In this document: positions 8,567 through 17,200 of the stretch, piece after piece
Numbering within the stretch: position 1 is the stretch's first letter
Layout of the letters: each line of letters begins with the position of its first letter
Assembly: GCA_964455675.1 (NCBI GenBank)
Contig: CAYVYK010000001.1
Coordinates: 76,463 to 140,462, forward strand
Length of the DNA stretch: 64,000 bases
Reading direction: 5' to 3'
From: an uncultured Methanosarcinales archaeon
GTDB lineage: Archaea > Nanobdellota > Nanobdellia > Woesearchaeales > CAYVYK01
Translations under genes and position numbers: made by a program
The notes under the pieces: generated by a model
Databases searched by the model: none
What the model was told of the DNA's origin: nothing
The model's input: the letters and a program-made list of their open reading frames with translations, nothing else

Positions 8567-10380
8567 GCATGGAAAAATACTACCTTGTCGGACTGTGTCT
8601 GATATCCTTACTTGTGCTTCCTGCATGTGATCTTGAATCCACAGGAAGGGCGATTTTTCTGACATCTCCAGTGTCGACAACGAAAGGAACATCACTGGAA
8701 TCAAAGCCCGCAGCTGCGATAACTCCATCACCAGATATTCTTCTTGTCCCGCTGGAAATTGGAGGTGCTGGTACATCACTTATGGATAATGGAGTAGTTG
8801 ATGCCCCTACACTCACAGATATTGGGCTTAGTTTAGACAAGTCACCAAACCAGGACTATTCGGCTGATGATGATATGGAGCCCGTGTGCATTTCAGACAG
8901 TGTGTGTTATGATAGCAATCCGGCGACGCTTGATCGCTGCATTGGAGGCGAATGTGTGCATACGCTCCGCGCGTGTGAGCAGTTCGGGTTTGTCTGCGGT
9001 GAGCACCAGGTGTGCCCCGCGGGAATGGAGTACATCGCTGCCGATACCATGCACTGCTGCCTGCAGTGTGACACTCTGCCATACTGTGGAGATCTGGTGT
9101 GCCAGGAAACGGAATCATATAGTTCCTGCCCAGCGGACTGCGATCCTGAGGATGTTACCTGTCCGAATGGAGTTTGTGACGCTGGTGAGACAAGCACGTC
9201 ATGCCCAGCGGATTGCCCCATGACTGGATGCGTTGATTCTGATAATGGTGTATACCCTGACAATCCTGGTGGCGTTGACTACCTTGGTGATACATTCCCC
9301 GACATCTGCGCGATGTGCGAAGGTGAAGAATGCAGTTATTTGCAGCCCGGCCAGACGGGAAACACCCTGTCTGAGAAGTATTGCACTCCTCAAGGTTTTG
9401 ATCATCAGATTATTGACTGCCCGTGTTATTATGATCCAAGGTATGTGGAGTATGATGAGGAGGGTAGTCCTTTTGTTGGATATTTTGGGTACTGTATGGA
9501 CGACTCACCTCCTGATGAGCCGGATGATTCATGTGGTGATGGGATGTGTGTGTATCCAGAGACTCCGTTCTCATGCGCATCCGACTGTCAGCAGGCGACT
9601 GCTCACTGCCCGAACGGTATGTGTGAAGTGTCAGAGTCTCCATCATCCTGCCCAGAGGACTGTATTGTCCAGCAGGCGCCTCCCCCTCCAACAGACACTG
9701 TTGCCGATCAATCACCCCAAAATCAGCAGGTGCAAGATCAGCCGTGTGTGAATTGTATGCAGCGAATCCCTGAACAGTTGTTGTGTACGTCCTACACCTT
9801 ATCGCTCGAGAACTCCCTAAGCTATGAGGGATTGAGGATATACATTCTTGGAGCAACAGCAAGGTCCGCAACGCTCATGACAAGCAAGGAGCAGGTGCTG
9901 AATGTTGAAGAGTTCAATTGGTATAAAGTGAATGATGCGTTCAACTTCTATGTGAAGCAGATCACTGTGCAAGAGGTGCCTTACGTCAAGGTTGAGGTCG
10001 TCATCCAGATTTGTGGTTGTGGTGATGGACTTGATAATGATGAGGATGAATTGATCGATTACCCGGCTGATGCTGACTGTTCATCAGAGAGGGATCCTGA
10101 AGAGTCCGCAAAGTGCGTGGGTTCCGGGCTTCCAATTGATGGTAGACTGTCTCAGCTTGAGTGCTGTGAGACCCTGGAGATGCTCTCTCCGATGAGGAAG
10201 GACCTTCCGAGCCGAATGGGATATTGCTGGCCTAGCGGAATGTGCGGCGACCAGAAATGCGATACTCCTGAGGATTCCCGCAATTGCCCAAGTGACTGCC
10301 ATCCTCCTGAGGATCGTGGTACGTTCCTCGATAGGGTGTTAAAGCAGATATTTCACATCGACGGTCTTGTTGTGCACTAG
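8563..10380 (+). CDS. Secreted or lipid-anchored Cys-rich repeat protein, 605 aa
   Basis: Signal peptide ending LVLPA|C; five CG[DN]xxC...E...CPxDC repeats; a CGDGLDNDEDELIDYPADADC acidic motif. Confidence 0.8.
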   Translation: MSMEKYYLVGLCLISLLVLPACDLESTGRAIFLTSPVSTTKGTSLESKPAAAITPSPDILLVPLEIGGAGTSLMDNGVVDAPTLTDIGLSLDKSPNQDYSADDDMEPVCISDSVCYDSNPATLDRCIGGECVHTLRACEQFGFVCGEHQVCPAGMEYIAADTMHCCLQCDTLPYCGDLVCQETESYSSCPADCDPEDVTCPNGVCDAGETSTSCPADCPMTGCVDSDNGVYPDNPGGVDYLGDTFPDICAMCEGEECSYLQPGQTGNTLSEKYCTPQGFDHQIIDCPCYYDPRYVEYDEEGSPFVGYFGYCMDDSPPDEPDDSCGDGMCVYPETPFSCASDCQQATAHCPNGMCEVSESPSSCPEDCIVQQAPPPPTDTVADQSPQNQQVQDQPCVNCMQRIPEQLLCTSYTLSLENSLSYEGLRIYILGATARSATLMTSKEQVLNVEEFNWYKVNDAFNFYVKQITVQEVPYVKVEVVIQICGCGDGLDNDEDELIDYPADADCSSERDPEESAKCVGSGLPIDGRLSQLECCETLEMLSPMRKDLPSRMGYCWPSGMCGDQKCDTPEDSRNCPSDCHPPEDRGTFLDRVLKQIFHIDGLVVH

Positions 10381-10843
10381 GGTCCCAGATAAGGTCGAGG
10401 AGTTCCGGATCTGACAGGAATGCTTCTTTCTTGATTTCGTCAATGAGGTAGTGCACTTGTCTCTCTTTGATGTCGAATGATTCGTCGAGTCTTTCGAGGA
10501 ATTCCTCAAGTTCCTTGATGTTGCGGTAGACACACTCGCAGAGAAAGTCATAGCCGTTGTTTATCTTATAGAAGGTATTGACGTGCGGGTGCTTTGTCAT
10601 GTACTCCCTGAATCTGTCGCGGTCAGATTTGCTGATGCGAAATGCGACGTGCGCCATTGTAAGAAAACCAAGCGCGGAAAAATCTATGAGGAGTGTGGAC
10701 CGTCGAACAAGCCCGCCATACTGCATATGCAGTTTTTCAAAGATTGTGGATATGGGAACTTTTGTCTTTTTGCTGATATTGGTCAGGCTTTCCCTGCCGC
10801 TCTGTCGCAGGCAGCTGATGATGAGCAAATCCTTTTTTTTCAT
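10232..10843 (-). CDS. Lrp/AsnC family transcriptional regulator
   Basis: N-terminal HTH (DLLIISCLRQSGRESLTNISKKTKVPISTIFEKL), linker IDFSALGF, and RAM domain (HPHVNTFYKINNGYDFLCECVYRNIKELEEFL); RBS AGGTGA. Confidence 0.9.
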   Translation of the reverse strand: MKKKDLLIISCLRQSGRESLTNISKKTKVPISTIFEKLHMQYGGLVRRSTLLIDFSALGFLTMAHVAFRISKSDRDRFREYMTKHPHVNTFYKINNGYDFLCECVYRNIKELEEFLERLDESFDIKERQVHYLIDEIKKEAFLSDPELLDLIWDPSAQQDRRCEISALTPYRGTYHDPQEDGSHLGNCGNPQEYRISGRRTFR

Positions 10844-10912
10844 TCGGTATCACCTGTCGGATTGATGATATCCTCATGGTCCGGGCGGTATTTATCGTTT
10901 GGTCTTGTACTG

Positions 10913-10928
10913 TATAAGGCGCCTTATA
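10913..10928. promoter_or_regulatory. Perfect 16-bp palindrome TATAAGGCGCCTTATA upstream of the lrp gene
   Basis: Self-complementary 16-mer in the intergenic region, about 70 nt upstream of the lrp ATG. Confidence 0.45.
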
Positions 10929-10962
10929 ACGTATAAGAACGTGATGCTATCGACGGAGAATC

Positions 10963-11544
10963 CTAAGGTAGTGACTTTCGCTCACACAGCCATAGCGCGA
11001 GGCTTAGTACGCCCCGGTCCGTGGGGATTGGTTGCACTTTTAGAGTATACGTGGTGCATTGCTGCATACCAACGACATTGCTTTTGCGAAGGAGCAGCTC
11101 CCCATTGTTTGGTGAGCAAGTCTTCTGCGAAGTATCCCAGCCAGGGCACGCGCATCCTTGCTTGTTTGAGTCCCAGTCGCAGAATACGAGAAAGTAATCC
11201 CTGTCAGGATACTTCTTCTCGATGGATTCTTGGAGCATTGTCGTGACAGGGCTATCGTCAGCCGCAAGATACTGTAGTGAAGTATAGCCGCTCACATCGC
11301 AGATGATAGGCTGGTTGTACGAAGCGATATCTTTAAGGAGTGTCTCAACAGTAGCCCCATTGCATTCCGTCGTCGTGCGAAGCATAACGGTGATAAAATT
11401 TGTCGCGTATTCTGTGAGGTCAACGCGTTCCTTGAGGTCAGATGGTGGTTTCATGGAAAGGCTGAGGAAGATGAGAAGACCAATGCTGAAGAGTACCATG
11501 ATGATCGCAATGCCCATGATTTCCATTTGGCTACGCTTATTCAT
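10963..11544 (-). CDS. Prepilin-like (minor pilin) protein, 193 aa
   Basis: MNKRS|QMEIMGIAIIMVLFSIGLLIFLSL leader; Cys-containing globular domain. Confidence 0.8.
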   Translation of the reverse strand: MNKRSQMEIMGIAIIMVLFSIGLLIFLSLSMKPPSDLKERVDLTEYATNFITVMLRTTTECNGATVETLLKDIASYNQPIICDVSGYTSLQYLAADDSPVTTMLQESIEKKYPDRDYFLVFCDWDSNKQGCACPGWDTSQKTCSPNNGELLLRKSNVVGMQQCTTYTLKVQPIPTDRGVLSLALWLCERKSLP

Positions 11545-12019
11545 TTTGGTACACCGTGACGTTCAGGAGTCCAAATCCGCTCGTTTTCGTAGTGGGGTCA
11601 TACACAGTTACTGGAACTATGGTAGTGGACCTACCGATTTCCCGTCCTGGATTAAGCATAAGCGAGTATATCCGAAAGTTCCGGCCAGGCGGTGGATAGA
11701 TTTGCTGGAGCGTAATCTCGCTGTCTCCAAAGAGTTCCGCGTAGCTTTGCTGAAATGCCGAATGATCCGTAACAAGCTTGTTGAACTGCTCGATCTTGAG
11801 ACTGTCAAAGCAGAGGAGTTGTTCTTCCACGCACTTAAGTTCGGGAAGAAAGAGCGCTTTTTGTGCTGTCTGGATAGAGAGCAGTTTGTTTGCGCGTTCA
11901 AGATCTTGGAAATACTGGCGTTCTTGGTATCTGCTGTACATTGTTGTTCCAATCATGAGGAGAAAGAAGAAGACGACCATGACGGCGAAAGTTTCCATCA
12001 TCTTCATCTGTGCTTTCAT
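11537..12019 (-). CDS. Prepilin-like (minor pilin) protein, 160 aa
   Basis: Start at 12019 (TAATG overlap with the upstream stop): MKA|QMKMMETFAVMVVFFFLLMIGTTMY. Confidence 0.8.
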   Translation of the reverse strand: MKAQMKMMETFAVMVVFFFLLMIGTTMYSRYQERQYFQDLERANKLLSIQTAQKALFLPELKCVEEQLLCFDSLKIEQFNKLVTDHSAFQQSYAELFGDSEITLQQIYPPPGRNFRIYSLMLNPGREIGRSTTIVPVTVYDPTTKTSGFGLLNVTVYQNE

Positions 12020-13203
12020 TAGTAGACCTCGATACATGAGTTGAGATTGAGTTCGAAATTGAGTTGGCTGAATTCTCCAAGTTTTGGCACCCATGTGGCG
12101 TGCGCGGTGTTAAAGTCCTCGTAATATTGTGGTGTGATGATGGCGCCCGCTGGGAGCTGTGGAGGAAGGCTCTGGATGACTCCCGTGCCAACAGGAGTGC
12201 CTTGGAAGTTTACTCCCTTGATCGTCTGGTACATGAGCCTGTGGAGTGACTCGCATCGTGCGGCGCCGGTTCCTAGCCCTTCCCAGTAGTGGCTCAGCCG
12301 TTGGCTTCTGTTCGCGAGTACTTCAAGGCTCTGGTTCACGCGTGTGATTCCTTTGATGATGTTGCAGTAGTACATGTTTGGATTCTCAGTGAACACGGCA
12401 CCGAGGAGTCCTGCGGTTCCGACGTACTGCATGTCCTGTATTTGCATGTGTTCCTGTGGGTCAAGCCACTGGAATCGCACGAGTCCTTCGTCAAAGCTTG
12501 ATCCAAAGACGGTGAGTATGGAGATTTCCTCGTTCTCGAAGCTTTCATCAAAGAGTATGACAACATCTGTCGGAGCGTTTGGCATGAGGAGTACGACGCG
12601 TGTTTCATCATAGTGCTCGTTCTCGTATTCCGTGCTGCTTCCCTCAGGGTATAGCCGATAATTGCTGCCTCCGGCATTCTGTATTTCCACAGCCTTGTAG
12701 AGGATGAGATTGGGCCATAGCTGCTCGAGTTTTTGCATCATCTTTACGGAATCTTGGTTTGCTGGGTCATATCCGAAAACGTATCTTATGCTTGGGCTCG
12801 TGATGTACACAAAGTTTGCGACGGTGTACGGAATGCTCCATGGTTTGCTCCACACGACAAGATCTGGTCCTGGTACGATCTGGGGGCCGAAGATGTACTT
12901 GTCTTTGAATGGTTTTGTTACCGTGCTTCCCCTGATGCCGAATGTGCACTCGCATAGTCTTGTGCATCCGAGCAGTAGTGTTGTTTTTGGTACCCTGATC
13001 CTGATTGCGGTGTCTTGCGCGCTCTGTACTCCTGTTGCGATGCTTTCAAGTTCCGTGTTGATCGTAAGCGCGGTTTTTTCCATGGCGAGCGCTTGCTGTT
13101 TCATAAGGAAGTTGAAGAAAAAGAAGATGATAGTTGCTCCGGCCACAAGGACAAATATCCAGTTGAACTGCTCCTGGAACACACCTCTTTTTCCCGTCCG
13201 CAT
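12019..13203 (-). CDS. Prepilin-like protein, 394 aa
   Basis: Start at 13203: MRTGKRG|VFQEQFNWIFVLVAGATIIFFFFNFL; AAAGATATTTAA promoter-like box just upstream. Confidence 0.8.
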   Translation of the reverse strand: MRTGKRGVFQEQFNWIFVLVAGATIIFFFFNFLMKQQALAMEKTALTINTELESIATGVQSAQDTAIRIRVPKTTLLLGCTRLCECTFGIRGSTVTKPFKDKYIFGPQIVPGPDLVVWSKPWSIPYTVANFVYITSPSIRYVFGYDPANQDSVKMMQKLEQLWPNLILYKAVEIQNAGGSNYRLYPEGSSTEYENEHYDETRVVLLMPNAPTDVVILFDESFENEEISILTVFGSSFDEGLVRFQWLDPQEHMQIQDMQYVGTAGLLGAVFTENPNMYYCNIIKGITRVNQSLEVLANRSQRLSHYWEGLGTGAARCESLHRLMYQTIKGVNFQGTPVGTGVIQSLPPQLPAGAIITPQYYEDFNTAHATWVPKLGEFSQLNFELNLNSCIEVY

Positions 13204-13630
13204 ACATTCATCCGAGCAGAGGAAGGTTAAATATCTTTGGGATGGGTAATGAAAACATGAGAGAGTCAACCTCTTCTAAAAGACGATCCATAAAGGTAAG
13301 CAAAAAGGACTCGGCCAATCACGCCCAGCAGACAGCAAATGTACAACCATGCGTAGCAGAGCCATCATTCAAGTGCACGCTTGAACCGAAAATGTGAAGC
13401 AGTTTCTGGGATAAAAAATCTTAGATTTTTAATAGATGGCGTCCGCTGCCAGCCGACCGAAGGGAGGCTGACCGTCCTGCGATAGTATCATGAGAATCCC
13501 TCATTATTGTTCTGCCAACGGGAGGTGGACCGTCCTTCTCTCCTAGTATGCTCATGAAGTTCCTACAGTGCGTGCACCAATGCAAGTGAATGAATTATCT
13601 TGCAGAAGAAAAATGAGCACACAGAAACAG

Positions 13631-14260
13631 TTATGACTCGTGTGGATTCTCATACCGCCCAGGATAGTCTGAGATGATGACGGCTTCGCTCCCCTTTCCT
13701 TGGATACGCAGGTACACATTCCCGCGCGGCGCGTAGAAGCAGTTGAAGATGTACGGGCTCGGCACGGTTCCAGGTGTCATCTGCTCGCGGATGGATGTTC
13801 CAACCCGCGCCTTCCCGATATTGTATAATTGTACGTCGATGCTTCCGCTTCGATATACGGCCATGTTATTCTCGGTACATGACATTATTTGTCGTCTCAC
13901 CGTTTCCGGAGGCTTTGATCCTGAGTCAAGGAGTCCCGGCGCTTGAACCGTGTCAAAGTAAGGGGCAAGGACTGTTGCCCAGTCCATTGATGAGCATGCG
14001 GGTCCTGAAAGTTCATAGTTCCAAATGCATACCCTGTTCCACTCGCCGCAAGTCTTGAGCCTGTAGATGTTCACATCAAATGTCTGACCGATTTCTTCGA
14101 CCTTTGCCTTGAGGTCAAGCCCCATCTGGTCGATACAGAGCTGCTGCTGCCTGTCAAGGAGCTCGCTGATCTTTGCGTACCCGTAGATGACGATGACGAT
14201 GAAGATGATCGCCCCCATTAAGTACACGAATGTTTGGCCGATGATTTGTGACTTCCTCAT
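13631..14260 (-). CDS. Prepilin-like protein, 209 aa
   Basis: Start at 14260, 7 nt after the stop of the 1480-aa gene: MRKS|QIIGQTFVYLMGAIIFIVIVIYGYAKI. Confidence 0.8.
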   Translation of the reverse strand: MRKSQIIGQTFVYLMGAIIFIVIVIYGYAKISELLDRQQQLCIDQMGLDLKAKVEEIGQTFDVNIYRLKTCGEWNRVCIWNYELSGPACSSMDWATVLAPYFDTVQAPGLLDSGSKPPETVRRQIMSCTENNMAVYRSGSIDVQLYNIGKARVGTSIREQMTPGTVPSPYIFNCFYAPRGNVYLRIQGKGSEAVIISDYPGRYENPHES

Positions 14261-14267
14261 GAGAAAC

Positions 14268-17200
14268 CTACTTTTTGCGTCGTTTGGCTTTTGACATCTT
14301 GGCGAGCTTGCTGAACACTTCTTCGTGTGTTCCGCTTCGTCTGGCCATTTTCGCGAGCCTGTCGACGGCATCTTCTGTCCTGCCTTTGATGTTCTTTCGC
14401 TTGTCTTCGTTCGGGAGTATTGCCATCCTGACGTTTGTCGCTTTGCGTTCCTTTTCTCCCTTGTCAACAACGTACTCGTCCTTCACTTTAGGTGTTGAGA
14501 GGTTTTGTACGATAATCTTGATTTGTTCGGCATTCTTATTCGCAAGAATCGTTTGCAGCTGCCGTCGTGTCATTCCTTTGAATTTGTCTAGTTCTGCTGG
14601 AGCGAATTTGCTAAAGTCGCCATACTTGGAGAGCTCTGTTCGGAGTGTTGTCATCTCGTTGATTGGTGCCCCGTCGGCGACCGCTGTGTCGCCGAGTTTC
14701 GGTGTAAAGCCTGCTGATGGACTGCTTGTTTTTCCAGCTCCAAAGGCGTCCATCGCCGATTGTCTCATTTTTGATCGGAGCTCGTACTGGTGTTTTCTTC
14801 TATCAAGGCTCATGCCACTTGTGCCAGGTGTGAATGGCACCTGTGGATGCGGCCGCAATAGTCCGGGCCCTGGTCTTTTGGTGTCAAACTTGATGTCCAT
14901 GCCGAATTTTTTCTTTCCGGCTGGTCCGTACCGCTGGTACGTGAAGTACCCACCAACGCCGATAATCGCGACCGCAAGGAGTATGAGGAGCACAAGCCAT
15001 ATCCAGGATAGGCCAGATCCTGGATCGTCAGGGTCAGTTGGATCCCATCCGTTTGCGACTTCATCGCCGTCAAGGTATCCGTCGCCGTCAGTATCGGGAT
15101 TCTTTGGATCAGTCTGCCTTGTGTATTCATCCTTATTTGGAAGTCCGTCGCTGTCTGAGTCTCTGCTGGCGTCTGTTGGGTCGGTTGGATCAAATCCTTT
15201 TGTTTGTTCCCATGCGTCAGGCATGCCGTCTCCATCGCAGTCTCCTGAGCGTATGCATCCTGATCCCATGCAGTGCCCCGTCGTCTCATCGCACTGCTGT
15301 CCTTGCGCGCAATCAGCGTCAGATGTGCATCCTGGCCCTTCAACGATGGAGCACTCTCCATTGTCGCATTCAAGGCCGCTCTGGCAGTCGCTGTCGCTGT
15401 CGCAGTCATCCCCCGCTCCGCACAGGTCTGGGCACACTCCTCCGCAGTCCACGTCCGCCTCACCGATGTCAAGGCGACCGTTGCTACAGGAGTCTTCTTC
15501 GGCGCATTCCTCTTCTTCGGGATCACAAATGCCTGATTCACAGTCGCCATCATCGATGCAGTCATCTCCTTCCCCGCACGCATCGCAGTCATCGCCGCCG
15601 CAGTCAACATCGGTCTCGTCGCCATTCAGGAATCCGTCGTTGCACGTCGCTTCCTTACACTTGTGGAGTACGGGGTTGCAGAACGCGCTTCTGCAGTCCG
15701 GGTGGGCTCTGCATGTTTTGTTGATTTCGCATGATGAACAGGTCCTTCCTCCGCAGTCCACGTCTGATTCGTTTCCGTTCTTGACGAGGTCGCGGCAGTA
15801 GTCTGGCTCAAGGTCAATGTCAACGGTGATGCCGTCGCTTGTTTCGACGCCGCTCACAAGGCCTGCGAGATTGTATGCCTTTCCTTTGAAGAAGTATCGT
15901 TTTTGGTCTGCGAGATCTAGGTTAGTGATGAATTCTTTGTATTCGCAGATATAGTTGCCGTCATCTTCGTCGCAATCACCTGAGGAGATTGTCTTGTTCT
16001 GGTTGTAGATGCGTGTATCACTGCTCACTCCGTCCTCATAAATCTCCAGATTGAGTTTTGTGACTCTGGTTCCATTATCTTCTGCTATGACCCAGATGGG
16101 GAGTTTGTCATCATCAAAGGTGTACTGGGGATCAACTCCAGGATAGCTTGACGAATCGTTGAATTTGGTGATGTCGGGTGCCGATGAATCAACATAGATG
16201 GTTTTTTCTGCGCGTACATCCTCTTCCTCTCTAACACAGCGGAAGGGGAAGGTGTAATCACCGTCGGACGGCACAGGTATTGTGACAGTCTTTTGGAATA
16301 CATAATGTTGCTGAGAGTCTTGGAAGAGATTGACGGGTGTCGCGTTTCCTTCATAGCCCCAGAAGCAGAGCGCGAGCTTGTTCGTGAAGATCTTGAGTGG
16401 CACCTGCACGTTTCCTCCGGTTGTCTGTGAATAGTATGTTGGTGTTAGTGATGTGTCAATGGTAAGGGGGACTGTGAGGTCAACAGTGACTTGCGTATGC
16501 GCTACTCCTGTCTCAAGTCCTCCAAGGTCGACGCATTCTGCGTAGTAGTCAAATGTCCCAGAGACCGCGATCCTGCTCACTTCGACCTGGAACTTTTTCT
16601 TGAAGTTTGCAGGGACTTCTGGTCCATCGAATGGCAACCTGTCCTCGTATTCGTCTCCTTCAACTTCTGAATACCTGCAGTATGTGTTCTCATTCGTGGA
16701 TATGTTGAGGTCAAAGTACACCATCTGTCCTTCGTCTTCCACGATAAGTGACGGTATCGCGACGAATGAATTGATGACCGGTGGAACAGTGTCGTAGGTG
16801 AGGTCATAGGAGGCGTTTGGCATGTGCGCTCCGTCATTGCACTTGATGAAGAGCTTGTTCGTTACCCCTTGGATGAACGCGTCAGATCCGTTGAGATATG
16901 TTTCATGGATGAGGTGTGATGCGTCTCCCTTGTCTGACTCAAAGTATCTCATAGTGGCCCAGTCTTTGGGTCCTGGGATCACGGGCCTGTTGCTGAACTT
17001 ACACACGGATGTTTGCAGAGTCTCTATACGGACGGTGTAGTTGGTATCAGTGAATACTCCATTGATTGGACGCACGAGATGGATAAAGCCGCTCGTGACA
17101 TCAACAAGAACGCCGTCGCTCTGCATGGCCGCGCTTCGCTGTCCTGCTTGGTTCTCCGCCCATACTTCGAACAGGTACCATGTCTGGTCGTCCAAGTCAA

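Noticed and set aside
10232-10380. 149-nt convergent overlap giving Lrp a C-terminal extension of about 50 aa
   Set aside because: The extension looks like antisense read-through beyond the RAM domain; no evidence of function.
13470-13478. 9-nt identity (GGACGGTCA) between the intergenic motif and the 5S rRNA 5' end
   Set aside because: Too short to distinguish from chance in 64 kb.
13436-13545. Matches to fluoride, c-di-GMP-I or glycine riboswitches, or SRP helix 8
   Set aside because: Only short words match (GATGGCGT, GGACG..GCCTCC, CCGAAGG); the required pairings and flanking consensus are missing.
14275-15801. 508-aa plus-strand ORF, and many other antisense ORFs across 2-44 kb
   Set aside because: Ser/Pro/Gln-rich shadows of the Cys/Asp/Gly codons on the coding strand; no domains or RBS, and fully nested in better-supported genes.
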